DNA from: Patescibacteria group bacterium
GTDB lineage: Bacteria; Patescibacteriota; UBA1384; XYA2-FULL-43-10
DNA length: 32,000 bases
Assembly: GCA_041674405.1 (NCBI GenBank)
Contig: JBAYVT010000001.1
Location: 60,001-92,000, forward strand
Reading direction: 5' to 3'
The notes under the pieces were generated by a model. The model was given only the letters and a program-made list of their open reading frames with translations, was not told the DNA's origin and did not search any database. This document shows positions 1-9,178 of this stretch, one piece after another (the first letter of the stretch is position 1; each line of letters begins with the position of its first letter). The translations under genes were made by a program, and so were the position numbers.

Positions 1-485
1 TTAATGCCTTTGCCCTTATACACCTCTGGTGGCCTGACTTTTCGGACTTTGGCTGCAAATTCACCAACTTTTTGCCTGTCAATTCCTTCGATAACAATGG
101 AATTTTTAACCACATTGACCGCAATTTCCTCTGGGATGTCGAGCTTTATCTCGTGTGAATAACCCATGTTGAGAATCAATTCTGTTCCTTCAACCCGAAC
201 ACGATAACCGGTACCTTTGAATTCGAGTGTCTTTTTGGCACCCTTAGACAAATCAGCAATAATTCCAGAAATAAGGCGGGTTATAAGCCCATGCTGTGAT
301 TTTTCAAATTTTGAATTTCCATTTCGGCTTGTCGTGATAATACCATTTTCTATCTTTACTTTAATTTCATCCGGCAAATCTAAAATTCTTTCACCTTTTG
401 TTGATTTTGCAATAAACTTGTTATTTTCAACAGATATTGTGATATTGTCATCAGTTTTAATTGGTCGTTTTCCTAGTCTTGACAT
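1..485 (-). CDS. rplF: 50S ribosomal protein L6, C-terminus runs off the window start
   Basis: My own translation of the minus strand from ATG 485-483 stays open to base 1: MSRLGKRPIKT...GYSHEIKLDIPEEI...KVGEFAAKVRKVRPPEVYKGKGI. It lies after rpsH as in spc operons. It is absent from the ORF track because no stop lies in the window. Confidence 0.9.
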   Translation of the reverse strand, partial: MSRLGKRPIKTDDNITISVENNKFIAKSTKGERILDLPDEIKVKIENGIITTSRNGNSKFEKSQHGLITRLISGIIADLSKGAKKTLEFKGTGYRVRVEGTELILNMGYSHEIKLDIPEEIAVNVVKNSIVIEGIDRQKVGEFAAKVRKVRPPEVYKGKGI

Positions 486-490
486 ATTTC

Positions 491-868
491 CTACCAAATT
501 TCACAAATTAATTCACCACCGATATTCGTTTTCTTGGCTTCGCGTCCAGAAATCACACCGACTGGCGTTGACATTACGATGAGTCCCAGGCCACGCAAAG
601 GTTTAGGAATATCGTTGGCTTTGACATAAATGCGCTGTCCCGGCTTACTCAATCTCTTTAAATGCATCATTTTACCAGCGCCAAACGTAACAAGAAGCAT
701 CTTTTGGTTCTTAACAATTTTTTCAGAAACCGCAGAAATAAACCCTTCCTTTAGGATCACGTCCAAAACCGCTTTCTTGTGTTTCGAGTAAGGCAAAACT
801 GCTTCGGTTTTTCCGGCGCTTAATGCGTTTTTCAATCTGATTAATAAATCTGCAATTGGATCTGACAT
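491..868 (-). CDS. rpsH: 30S ribosomal protein S8
   Basis: 125 aa, MSDPIADLLIRLKNA... is the typical S8 N-terminus; operon position between S14 and L6. Confidence 0.95.
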   Translation of the reverse strand: MSDPIADLLIRLKNALSAGKTEAVLPYSKHKKAVLDVILKEGFISAVSEKIVKNQKMLLVTFGAGKMMHLKRLSKPGQRIYVKANDIPKPLRGLGLIVMSTPVGVISGREAKKTNIGGELICEIW

Positions 869-922
869 ATTGTCTCTTAAAGTTTAATTGATATATTTTC
901 TGTGTTTAAAATTCTGTACAAT

Positions 923-1108
923 TTACCAGCTGGACTTGGTTACGCCAGGTATTTCTCCACGGCTAGCTCGCTCTCTAAAGCAGATGCGGCACATATCATA
1001 CTTTCTTATGTAAGCACGCGGCCGTCCGCAAAGCTTACATCTTCGTATTTTACGTGTGGAAAATTTTGGCTTTCTATTCGCCTTTACAATCATCGATTCT
1101 TTAGCCAT
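923..1108 (-). CDS. rpsN: 30S ribosomal protein S14, short zinc-binding (type Z) form
   Basis: 61 aa with CKLCGR...CRIC Cys4 motif. Its start shares one base with the rplE stop (TAATG). Confidence 0.95.
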   Translation of the reverse strand: MAKESMIVKANRKPKFSTRKIRRCKLCGRPRAYIRKYDMCRICFRERASRGEIPGVTKSSW

Positions 1109-1662
1109 TATTTGCTCCCTTCTTGTTTTTCAAACGGGAATCCTAGCGCAGAAAGCAATGCCTCACATTCGGCATTATTCTTGGCAGTTGTATTAACATT
1201 TATCTGAAAACCGAAATTCTCGGTTACATTTTCAAATTTAATTTCGGGCATGATTGTATGCTCAGAAATTCCAAGCGAATAATTGCCCCTGCCATCGAAT
1301 CCATTTCGGGACAATCCCTTGAAATCTCTAACGCGTGGAAGAGCGACATTGGCTAGGCGGAAAATAAAATCATACATTTTCTCGCCGCGTAGTGTTACTG
1401 TAAGGCCGACTGGCTGGCCAATTCGCAGCTTAAATGCAGAAACTGCTTTTCTGGATTTGTTGATTTTAGGTTTCTGGCCAGTAATTATTGCCAGGTCATT
1501 CTGAATTTTTTCAATTGCTTTTTCTTCTTCTTTGAATTTGCCAACACCCGAGGATACAACTACTTTTGTAACTTTCGGTGTTCTTTCGATATTGGTAAAA
1601 GAGAGAGTTTTTTTGAGCTCTGGCCTGATCGTGTCATAAAATTTTTCTTTCAAAGCGGTCAT
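1108..1662 (-). CDS. rplE: 50S ribosomal protein L5
   Basis: 184 aa, conserved L5 sequence and operon position. Confidence 0.95.
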   Translation of the reverse strand: MTALKEKFYDTIRPELKKTLSFTNIERTPKVTKVVVSSGVGKFKEEEKAIEKIQNDLAIITGQKPKINKSRKAVSAFKLRIGQPVGLTVTLRGEKMYDFIFRLANVALPRVRDFKGLSRNGFDGRGNYSLGISEHTIMPEIKFENVTENFGFQINVNTTAKNNAECEALLSALGFPFEKQEGSK

Positions 1663-1982
1663 TACTTGGCTCCTCCCTCAATTGACTGATTGCATTTTTT
1701 GCAAATTCGAATTTTAGCATCATTCTTTATGCTGTATCCGACTCTTCCTGATTTGCCGCAATTCGGGCAAATGACAGCAACATTGGATGCGTCAAGCTTT
1801 TTGTTGATGTCGATTATTCCACCCTGCGGGTTCTTGCGGCTCGGCTTAACATGTTTTTTCATGATATGAACGCCTTTTACAGTAAGTTTATTTTCGGTGG
1901 CAAAAACACTATCAACTATGCCGCTTTTTCCGCGGTCTTTGCCAACTTTTACCAATACATTGTCATTTTTCTTAATTTTCAT
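1662..1982 (-). CDS. rplX: 50S ribosomal protein L24 (KOW domain) with a Cys4 C-terminal knuckle pair
   Basis: 106 aa; KOW motif VLVKVGKDRGKSG; C-terminal CPNCGKSGRVGYS...RICKKCNQ. Confidence 0.93.
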   Translation of the reverse strand: MKIKKNDNVLVKVGKDRGKSGIVDSVFATENKLTVKGVHIMKKHVKPSRKNPQGGIIDINKKLDASNVAVICPNCGKSGRVGYSIKNDAKIRICKKCNQSIEGGAK

Positions 1983-1990
1983 CGTATTTA

Positions 1991-2017
1991 CTTTATGAAC
2001 TTTATAAACTTTATGGA
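1991..2017. repeat. 9-bp tandem repeat x3 in the rplN-rplX spacer
   Basis: ctttatgaa / ctttataaa / ctttatgga are contiguous. In mRNA sense this is three AUAAAG-containing units ending 8 nt before the rplX AUG, with no SD. Confidence 0.8.
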
Positions 2018-2026
2018 CTTAATAGA

Positions 2027-2392
2027 CTATAATACTTCGGGTGCTAACGAAATTATTTTCATGTAGCCATTTCTTATCTCGCGTGGAATAGGCCCGAAAA
2101 TACGCGTACCTCGTGGATTTTTATCATTGTCGATAATTACCGCAGCGTTTTCATCAAACCGGATATATGAGCCATCTTCGCGGCCAAGTTCTTTTCTTGT
2201 CCTCACTATCACTGCTTTTACAACTTCCTTTTTCTTGACAGTTCCGCGAGGAATAGCGACTTTCACCGATGCGGTAATAACATCACCAATCTTGGCTGCA
2301 TCTCTTTTTTTGTGTCCCAAAATAGTAATGCATTCGATTTCCTTTGCACCAGTATTGTCTGCAACTTTTAATCTTGTTCCGGGCTGAATCAC
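2027..2392 (-). CDS. rplN: 50S ribosomal protein L14
   Basis: 121 aa, [17 protein letters not shown] is the canonical L14 start. Confidence 0.96.
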   Translation of the reverse strand: MIQPGTRLKVADNTGAKEIECITILGHKKRDAAKIGDVITASVKVAIPRGTVKKKEVVKAVIVRTRKELGREDGSYIRFDENAAVIIDNDKNPRGTRIFGPIPREIRNGYMKIISLAPEVL

Positions 2393-2640
2393 TAGCTAAC
2401 CTTTCTTACCGCTTCAAAATGCTTATTTTTTGAAAGTGGCTTTGTTTCTTTAATTTCAACAACATCACCTGTTTTATATTCGTTCTTCTCATCGTTGACC
2501 AAGTATTTCTTTGAAACCTTATACTTCTTTTTATAAAGGCGATTTGTCTTGATCCGGTCAACCGAAACGGTAATGGTTTTGTCTAAACCATCAAACACTA
2601 CTTCGCCAACTAAAATTCTAGATGTTTTTTCTTCTTTCAT
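2392..2640 (-). CDS. rpsQ: 30S ribosomal protein S17
   Basis: 82 aa; operon position; S17-like OB-fold sequence. Confidence 0.92.
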   Translation of the reverse strand: MKEEKTSRILVGEVVFDGLDKTITVSVDRIKTNRLYKKKYKVSKKYLVNDEKNEYKTGDVVEIKETKPLSKNKHFEAVRKVS

Positions 2641-2642
2641 TT

Positions 2643-2843
2643 TTACTCCGCACTCGCATTCTTAATGGTAAGAAGCCGAGCAAGTTTCTTTTTATTATCG
2701 GAAATCTGAGCGTGATTTGAAGATTTTCCTGCTTTAACAGAAAGGCTTTTTACGGCAATTTCTTTTCTGGCTTTTGCAATTTCTGCCAAAATCTCAGTAT
2801 CTTTCATATTTTTTATTCTTTTCAATTCTTCGGTTTTTTTCAT
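2643..2843 (-). CDS. rpmC: 50S ribosomal protein L29
   Basis: 66 aa helical protein between L16 and S17. Confidence 0.9.
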   Translation of the reverse strand: MKKTEELKRIKNMKDTEILAEIAKARKEIAVKSLSVKAGKSSNHAQISDNKKKLARLLTIKNASAE

Positions 2844-3253
2844 TATTCTTCCTTTGTGAGAAATTTGGTCTTGACGGAAATTTTATGCTGAGCTAGTCTC
2901 ATCGCTTCTTTTGCTATGTCGTAAGGTACGCCATCCATTTCAAACAATATTCTGCCTGGGCGAATAACTGCCACGAAGTGGTCAAGTGCGCCCTTGCCCG
3001 AACCCATCGGTACTTCTGCGCTAGTTGCAGTTACAGGTTTGTTCGGAAAAACCCTAATCCAGATTTCACCACCGCGCTTGACATATCGAGTCATGGCGCG
3101 CCGTGCAGCTTCGATTTCACGTGCGGAAATCCAGCCATCCGACAAAGCCTTGATTGCATACTTACCAAAGGAAATTTCTGATCCGCGATATGCCAAACCT
3201 CGGCGCTTGCCGCGCTGTTCTTTCCTGTGTTTCATTTTCTTTGGCATTAACAT
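2843..3253 (-). CDS. rplP: 50S ribosomal protein L16
   Basis: 136 aa, [15 protein letters not shown] is the canonical L16 start. Confidence 0.96.
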   Translation of the reverse strand: MLMPKKMKHRKEQRGKRRGLAYRGSEISFGKYAIKALSDGWISAREIEAARRAMTRYVKRGGEIWIRVFPNKPVTATSAEVPMGSGKGALDHFVAVIRPGRILFEMDGVPYDIAKEAMRLAQHKISVKTKFLTKEE

Positions 3254-3274
3254 GTGAATAATCCTTCGTGTATA

Positions 3275-3922
3275 TTATTTCTCGGTTTTTGCAAATTCAA
3301 TTTCTCTCTCGCCGTTATAAATCCAAACCTTGACGCCGATAATTCCGTAAGTTGTAAGGGCGGTTACATAAGAATAATCAATTCCACTCTTGAATGTTGA
3401 AAGAGGAACAGTGCCCAGGATCACCTTCTCGGTCCTAGCAATATCGGCTCCATTCAAACGCCCTGAAACTTGAACCTTAATGCCGCGAACCCCAGATTCT
3501 TTTGCCTTCTCGGCAGCTTGTTTCATAGCCCGCCTGAATGGCATTCTTTTTTCAAGTTGGAAAGCAACATTTGAAGCGACATAAGCAGCGACTGTTTCCG
3601 GTTTTTTTACCTCAACAATGTTGATTCTGGCCTTACCACCGGTTTCTTTTTCTACGAACTCTTTAATTTTTTCAGAACCGGCACCGCCGCGGCCAATTAT
3701 AACACCGGGCCTTGCGGAATAAATTGAGACGGAAATCATATTCGCATCACGATCAATGATCACATCAGTGACGGCAGCGCTTTTTAAGCGGTCCTTGATC
3801 TTGTCGCGAAGTTTTATATCGGAAATAAGGTTTTTAGCGTAGTTTTTGCTCTCAAACCATGTTGATTTCCAACTTTCGTTAATCTTCAAACGTATCGATT
3901 TTGGATTTACCTTCTGTCCCAT
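3275..3922 (-). CDS. rpsC: 30S ribosomal protein S3
   Basis: 215 aa, MGQKVNPKSIRL is the canonical S3 start; KH-like region present. Confidence 0.96.
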   Translation of the reverse strand: MGQKVNPKSIRLKINESWKSTWFESKNYAKNLISDIKLRDKIKDRLKSAAVTDVIIDRDANMISVSIYSARPGVIIGRGGAGSEKIKEFVEKETGGKARINIVEVKKPETVAAYVASNVAFQLEKRMPFRRAMKQAAEKAKESGVRGIKVQVSGRLNGADIARTEKVILGTVPLSTFKSGIDYSYVTALTTYGIIGVKVWIYNGEREIEFAKTEK

Positions 3923-3924
3923 AA

Positions 3925-4485
3925 TTATTCCTTTGCTTGCTTCGTAGAAGCCTTTTTAGCTTTAGGCTTTGCTGTATCAGCTTTCTTGTTTTTTCCGACA
4001 CTTTCGGTCGGAACTCCGACATCCGCCTTCGGCGTGGTCGTCGGAGCTTTTTCAACTTTATTAACTTCTGCTTTTTCAGCTTTGTTTGCCTCTTTTTTCT
4101 CGACTTTAACTTCTTCTTTGGATGATTTCGTTTTATTATTGGCTTTTGTGGCTTCGATTTCATCAGACAAAGTAAGAGTCAAGTGGCACATTCGTTTCTT
4201 AATCGCTGTGGCACGGCCCTTTGAAACAATTCTTCGTCTTTTCAGCCGTGGGCCTTCGTCACACTTGATGTTTTTAACAAAAACGTTTTCTGTATCCAAT
4301 TCCTGATCCTTGTAGGCAGCGATGCCGGATTTCAAAAGCGAATACAGGTCATTAGAAACGGCGGTTTCGGCATATTTGAGAATTGCCAATGCTTCGGAAG
4401 CATTTTTTCGCTTGATTCCGAAAAGAACCGGACGAACTTTCCTTGGTGAGACTCTCAGATACATTTTTTTAACTGTAATTTCCAT
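3925..4485 (-). CDS. rplV: 50S ribosomal protein L22 with ~70-aa K/E/A-rich C-terminal tail
   Basis: 186 aa; L22 core in the first ~115 aa, then a low-complexity lysine-rich tail. Confidence 0.93.
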   Translation of the reverse strand: MEITVKKMYLRVSPRKVRPVLFGIKRKNASEALAILKYAETAVSNDLYSLLKSGIAAYKDQELDTENVFVKNIKCDEGPRLKRRRIVSKGRATAIKKRMCHLTLTLSDEIEATKANNKTKSSKEEVKVEKKEANKAEKAEVNKVEKAPTTTPKADVGVPTESVGKNKKADTAKPKAKKASTKQAKE

Positions 4486-4510
4486 ATTTCTTGTTGTAAA
4501 TTATTTTATA

Positions 4511-4801
4511 TTATGCCCCAGCTTTTGCCTGTTCTTTGGCCATTTTACCACCATGCCTGACAAACTTTCTGGTAGGCGAGAATTCACCCAGCCTGTGCCC
4601 AACCATATCCTCAACTATAAATACCGGAATATGTTCTTTGCCATTGTGGACTGCGATTGTCACTCCCACCATTTCAGGCGAAATAACACAAGCTCGCGAC
4701 CAGGTTTTGATCGGTTTTCTGTCTCCAGACGCCTTAGCAGCCATAACTTTGCGAAGAACGCGTTCATCTACGTATGGGCCTTTTTTGAGTGAGCGTGACA
4801 T
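4511..4801 (-). CDS. rpsS: 30S ribosomal protein S19
   Basis: 96 aa, [13 protein letters not shown] is the canonical S19 start. Confidence 0.96.
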   Translation of the reverse strand: MSRSLKKGPYVDERVLRKVMAAKASGDRKPIKTWSRACVISPEMVGVTIAVHNGKEHIPVFIVEDMVGHRLGEFSPTRKFVRHGGKMAKEQAKAGA

Positions 4802-5628
4802 TATTTCCTCTTCTTGACGATTAATAAAGCTGACTTTTTATTTCTCTTTCGAGTCTTGTGGCCGAGCGCCGGCATACCCCAAGGCGTTTTCGGATACTTA
4901 AGACCGATTGAGGTTCCACCCTCACCACCACCATGCGGGTGATCGCAAGGATTCTTCGCTTTACCTCTAACGTGTGGTTTTCTGCCAGAAAGGCGAACTC
5001 GGCCAGCTTTACCAATGGTGATATTGCTGTGATCCGAGCAGGAAACCGCACCTATTGAAGCAAAACACTCAACACTAGTTTTTCGAATTTCACCAGAAGA
5101 CATGCGGAGCTGGGCAAAATCCTTGTCAATGCCAAGAAGAATGCAGTATGCGCCGGCAGATCGAACCATCTGCCCGCCGCGTCCAGGAACCATTTCAACA
5201 TTGTAAATCTGAGTTGATGCCGGGATATTTTTGATTTTCATCCTGTTTCCGGTACGAATTGCAGCTTTTTCGGAAGCAACAATGCTTGCGCCTTCCTTTA
5301 ATCCCTCTGGAGCAAGGATATAAGACTTTTCGCCGTTTTCATATTCAATAAGGGCGATGTTGGCGGTTCTATTTGGATCGTATTCGATTGCAATAACTTT
5401 TGCTTTTTCATCAAGTTTTTCTGTTTGTTTGAAATCAACAAATCTAAATAGTTTTTTGAATCCGCCCCCACGGTTTCGGGCTGTCATTCTGCCAGAATTA
5501 TTTCTGCCGGCAGTATTTTTCCCACCAAAAGTAAGGCTTTTTTCTGGAGCTTTTTTGGAGACGCCTGAAACCAAGACGCTCATTTGGCGCCTGGCATTGC
5601 TTGTGGATTTTATAACTTTGATTGGCAT
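4801..5628 (-). CDS. rplB: 50S ribosomal protein L2
   Basis: 275 aa; conserved GGGEG and HPHGGGEG-type motif ([12 protein letters not shown]). Confidence 0.96.
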   Translation of the reverse strand: MPIKVIKSTSNARRQMSVLVSGVSKKAPEKSLTFGGKNTAGRNNSGRMTARNRGGGFKKLFRFVDFKQTEKLDEKAKVIAIEYDPNRTANIALIEYENGEKSYILAPEGLKEGASIVASEKAAIRTGNRMKIKNIPASTQIYNVEMVPGRGGQMVRSAGAYCILLGIDKDFAQLRMSSGEIRKTSVECFASIGAVSCSDHSNITIGKAGRVRLSGRKPHVRGKAKNPCDHPHGGGEGGTSIGLKYPKTPWGMPALGHKTRKRNKKSALLIVKKRK

Positions 5629-5747
5629 ATTTATTATCTAATAACTAATAACTTAAATGTAATAACCTTATTCTTATCTAACAACCGAATGAAATATTCC
5701 TTTGGTTCTTTGTTTTTCGCTTTTAGTTATTAGTTTCAAGTTAATAA
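5629..5747. repeat. AU-rich intercistronic element, copy I (rplW-rplB spacer)
   Basis: Shares tatctaataac...ttaaatgtaataac...ttcctttggtt with 18536-18598 and ctaataac repeats with 29605-29656. It also contains the inverted partner agttattag near 5726. Confidence 0.7.
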
Positions 5748-6155
5748 CTATTTATTTGTCGTTCTGCCCCCGAGAAGACCTTTTTTCGGTTCGCGGATGG
5801 TAGTTTTGACATCTTTATTTTCAATTACTTCTTTTTTCTCGATTTTGGCAGCTTGTTTCTTTTCGGCCTTGTTGTCTTTCTTGTCACCCTCAACCTCAAA
5901 GATATCTATCGAATCTTTTTTTGCCAAAGTCACAATGGCTTTCTTGTAATCCTGCCTTTTGCCAGCGCCTTTCTTGGTCCGTTTGACTTTACCAATAATG
6001 TTCGAGGTATTTACAGACAAAACGGATACGGCATAAATCTTCTCAACGCTTCTTTTGATCTCATCCTTGGACATATCCTTTGAAACGATGAAGGTATATT
6101 TCGATTTCGAAGCTTGATAAAAGCTTTTTTCAGAAATGATGGCTTTATTTATCAT
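5748..6155 (-). CDS. rplW: 50S ribosomal protein L23 with ~40-aa lysine-rich C-terminal tail
   Basis: I chose ATG 6155 (MINKAIISEKS...) because AAGGAAG lies 5 nt upstream. The track ORF start at 6185 lies inside rplD. Confidence 0.9.
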   Translation of the reverse strand: MINKAIISEKSFYQASKSKYTFIVSKDMSKDEIKRSVEKIYAVSVLSVNTSNIIGKVKRTKKGAGKRQDYKKAIVTLAKKDSIDIFEVEGDKKDNKAEKKQAAKIEKKEVIENKDVKTTIREPKKGLLGGRTTNK

Positions 6156-6780
6156 TATCACTTCCTTTTTCAACAAACATTTCATCGTAAGCTTTTTTGG
6201 TCATGACGAGAAAATCAGATGAGGTAAGCGAAATCATATCTATATCGGATTTACCCATGATGGCGACATAAGGAAGGTTTCGAAATGCGCGCGCCGAGTC
6301 AGCTTCTGATCCGGCAAGAAAAAGTGAAATTTTTCCTTCAAGCCCGAGTTTGACAAGCAGTTTTTCGGCTTCCTTGGTTTTGGCATCTTTGATATCGATC
6401 GAATCGATAATAAGGAGCCTTTTGTTCTTGGCAAAGAAACCAAAAACTGAATATCTTGCTTTGGCGCGGAACTTCTTGTTAAGCCTTGTGGAAAAATTCT
6501 GGTCGCGGGATGGACCGAATGTAACTCCACCACCAACCCAGAGAGGCGATCTGTTCGATCCAGCTCTGGCATTCCCGGTGCCTTTCTGTCTCCATGGCTT
6601 CTTGCCGCCGCCGGAAACTGCACTTCTATCCTTGGCATCAGCGATTGCCGATCTTTGGCAATTACGAATGTAATTGATATATTCGGCAAGATGCTGAGCG
6701 TTTAAGCTTTCATCAAAAACCGGAGAGAGGGTAATCTCTTTTTCAGATGGGCCGGTTTTTGTGTAAAGTTTAAGTTTCAT
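6145..6780 (-). CDS. rplD: 50S ribosomal protein L4
   Basis: 211 aa; PWRQKGTGNARAGS is the L4 signature. Confidence 0.96.
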   Translation of the reverse strand: MKLKLYTKTGPSEKEITLSPVFDESLNAQHLAEYINYIRNCQRSAIADAKDRSAVSGGGKKPWRQKGTGNARAGSNRSPLWVGGGVTFGPSRDQNFSTRLNKKFRAKARYSVFGFFAKNKRLLIIDSIDIKDAKTKEAEKLLVKLGLEGKISLFLAGSEADSARAFRNLPYVAIMGKSDIDMISLTSSDFLVMTKKAYDEMFVEKGSDNDK

Positions 6781-6812
6781 ATTTTTAGTTTGTAGATAGT
6801 AGTCCGTAGTCC

Positions 6813-7412
6813 TTAGTTGGTAGATTCCTGTGTTTCTGCCTTTTTAATAACGCTGATTTTAATTTTTGAGCCTTTAGGTCCCGGAATTGATCCTTTGATC
6901 AAAATCTCGCCAGAATTTGTATCGATATCAAATATTTCAAGATTCTTCTGCATAACTTGCCTTGCGCCTAAGTGCCCTGGCATCTTGCGGCCAGCAACAA
7001 CACGCTGTGGATATCCACCACCGATTGAGCCAGGTGCTCTGTGATGATTTGAACCATGGCCCATCGGACCGCGGGAAAATCCATGGCGCTTGATAACGCC
7101 GGCAAAACCTTTGCCTTTTCCCGTACCAACAACTTCTATAATATCACCGCTATTTAAATCAAATTTAACATTGTCGCCAGCCTTATAAGATTTGGCATCT
7201 TCAGTGGCAAATTCTGAATATTTTGCCTTGGCATTTTTCTTGTCAGGGGCAGGGACAAACTCAACCTGAACGCCATTGTAGCCATTTTTTTCTTCAGTTA
7301 AGACCTGAGAGACTTTAAGATCGAGCAAAGCAAGCTTGGTTGCAGCAAAAACTTTACCTTCGCTATCGAAGACTCGTGTCATTCCTACTTTTTTGGCAAT
7401 TGCAAACGGCAT
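6813..7412 (-). CDS. rplC: 50S ribosomal protein L3
   Basis: 199 aa; GKGFAGVIKRHGF is the L3 signature. Confidence 0.96.
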   Translation of the reverse strand: MPFAIAKKVGMTRVFDSEGKVFAATKLALLDLKVSQVLTEEKNGYNGVQVEFVPAPDKKNAKAKYSEFATEDAKSYKAGDNVKFDLNSGDIIEVVGTGKGKGFAGVIKRHGFSRGPMGHGSNHHRAPGSIGGGYPQRVVAGRKMPGHLGARQVMQKNLEIFDIDTNSGEILIKGSIPGPKGSKIKISVIKKAETQESTN

Positions 7413-7444
7413 AATATATTTCTACTTAACAAGGCCAACAATAA

Positions 7445-7538
7445 TTGACCTGGAACCTCCACCCTCTGGGTGATGTTATCCATGGTCAAGTTGTATAACT
7501 TATCAAGTTGTTACCCCGAGGACTAACGCTATTCGGGG
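7445..7538 (-). promoter_or_regulatory. Two hairpins in the unusually long (152 nt) rpsJ-rplC spacer
   Basis: mRNA sense: CCCCGA-13 nt-UCGGGG (7514-7538). Then UUGACC(A)UGGA...CACCC-AGA-GGGUG...UCCAGGUCAA (7445-7489; 10-bp outer stem with one bulge plus a 5-bp apical stem). Confidence 0.5.
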
Positions 7539-7564
7539 CAACTAATTTAACAAGTTAAAGATTA

Positions 7565-7891
7565 CTACATTTTGATCTCAATGTCAACGCCAGCAGGAAG
7601 ATCGAGGGACATCAAGTTGTCGATCGTCTTTCCGGATGGATTCAAGACGTCGATAAGCCTTTTGTGGACTTTCATCTCAAATTGCTCGCGGGAATCCTTG
7701 TGAACGTGCGGGGATTTGATAACGGTAACCTTGGAAACTTCGGTTGGAAGCGGTACCGGCCCACAGACGCTTGCGCCTGATCTGACAACTGTTTCGATAA
7801 TCAGCCTTGCGGATTTATCGATAATCCTGTTGTCGTAAGCCTTGAGCTTAATTCTGATCTTTTGTTTTACTTCTTTTGCTTGGGTTGGCAT
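7565..7891 (-). CDS. rpsJ: 30S ribosomal protein S10
   Basis: 108 aa; [10 protein letters not shown] is the S10 signature; AAGGA SD. Confidence 0.96.
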   Translation of the reverse strand: MPTQAKEVKQKIRIKLKAYDNRIIDKSARLIIETVVRSGASVCGPVPLPTEVSKVTVIKSPHVHKDSREQFEMKVHKRLIDVLNPSGKTIDNLMSLDLPAGVDIEIKM

Positions 7892-7903
7892 GATCGAATT
7901 TCC

Positions 7904-9082
7904 TTATTTGGTAATCTTGGTAACTACACCTGCACCAACGGTCTTGCCACCTTCACGGATAGCAAACTTAAGTCCTTCTTCCATAGCGATCGGCTGGATA
8001 AGCTTGACCTGAACGTTGACAGTATCGCCTGGCATAACCATTTCTTTGTCAAAGGTGATTTCACCGGTAACATCAGTGGTTCGGATGTAGAATTGTGGTT
8101 TGTAGCCTTTGAAGAATGGGCTGTGTCGTCCACCTTCCTCTTTGGTCAATGCATAGATTTCAGCATCAAACTCGGTATGAGGAGTGATTGTGCCCGGCTT
8201 GGCAAGCACCTGGCCGCGCTCAATATCTTCACGCTCGATACCTCGAAGAAGAACACCGACATTATCACCAGCTTGGCCTTGGTCAAGCATCTTCTTGAAC
8301 ATTTCAACACCGGTAACAACTGTTTTGGTAGTCTTTTTGATGCCGACAATTTCGATTTCATCGTTGACCTTTACAATACCGCGGTCAATTCTACCTGTGG
8401 CAACAGTGCCTCGGCCTTTGATCGAAAATACGTCTTCAACAGGCATAAGAAATGGCTTGTCGATTTCACGTTTTGGCTCTGGAACAGCTTCATCAAGAGC
8501 ATTCATAAGGTCATCAATTGATTTGACAGCATCTGCATTGCCCTCGAGTGCCTTAAGAGCGGAACCGCGGATGATTTTGGCATTGTCGCCATCATATTCG
8601 TATTTGGTCAAAAGCTCGCGGATTTCCATCTCGACAAGGTCAAGAAGCTCGGGATCGTCAACCATGTCGGTCTTGTTCATGTAAACGATGATTACAGGAA
8701 CGCCAACCTGGTTGGCTAGAAGAATGTGCTCGCGAGTTTGCGGCATCGGTCCATCAGCAGCGGACACAACCAAGATCGCACCATCCATCTGTGCGGCACC
8801 GGTGATCATGTTTTTGACATAGTCAGCGTGGCCTGGGCAGTCGACGTGTGCGTAGTGGCGTTTTGCTGTTTCGTACTCAGAGTGGTGAGTAGCGATAGTA
8901 ATACCTCTCTCACGCTCTTCTGGGGCATTGTCAATTTCTTCAAACTTTTCAACGCGCGCCATTCCTTTGTCGCCTTGAACCTTCAAGATTGCCGCAGTCA
9001 GGGTTGTTTTACCATGGTCGACGTGACCAATGGTACCAACATTGACGTGAGGCTTTGTTCTTTCAAACTTTTCTGCAGCCAT
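7904..9082 (-). CDS. tuf: Elongation factor Tu
   Basis: 392 aa; [15 protein letters not shown] and NKTD GTPase motifs. Confidence 0.98.
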   Translation of the reverse strand: MAAEKFERTKPHVNVGTIGHVDHGKTTLTAAILKVQGDKGMARVEKFEEIDNAPEERERGITIATHHSEYETAKRHYAHVDCPGHADYVKNMITGAAQMDGAILVVSAADGPMPQTREHILLANQVGVPVIIVYMNKTDMVDDPELLDLVEMEIRELLTKYEYDGDNAKIIRGSALKALEGNADAVKSIDDLMNALDEAVPEPKREIDKPFLMPVEDVFSIKGRGTVATGRIDRGIVKVNDEIEIVGIKKTTKTVVTGVEMFKKMLDQGQAGDNVGVLLRGIEREDIERGQVLAKPGTITPHTEFDAEIYALTKEEGGRHSPFFKGYKPQFYIRTTDVTGEITFDKEMVMPGDTVNVQVKLIQPIAMEEGLKFAIREGGKTVGAGVVTKITK

Positions 9083-9149
9083 TTTGTTGTCTCCTGATGT
9101 GGCAAGTAGCTTGCCTCATCTATTAATTAACATTTTTTGCGCTATCGCT

Positions 9150-9178
9150 ATATTAACCTAAAAACTCATTTTACGCAA
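9150..9178 (-). promoter_or_regulatory. Candidate sigma70-type promoter for tuf
   Basis: Minus sense TTGCGT (9178-9173), 17-nt spacer, TAATAT (9155-9150), about 70 nt upstream of the tuf AUG. Confidence 0.45.

Noticed and set aside
3879-4163. 94-aa K/R-rich ORF overlapping the L22 tail and the S3 start; also 6240-6689 inside rplD
   Set aside because: These are alternative frames of lysine-codon-rich or conserved coding sequence, not independent genes.
7862-8521. 219-aa plus-strand ORF antisense to tuf. Also 24545-25372 antisense to rpoB, and 217-582, 4322-4792 and 10857-11408 antisense to r-protein genes and fusA.
   Set aside because: They are antisense to highly conserved genes, with low-complexity or hydrophobic junk translations and no SD.
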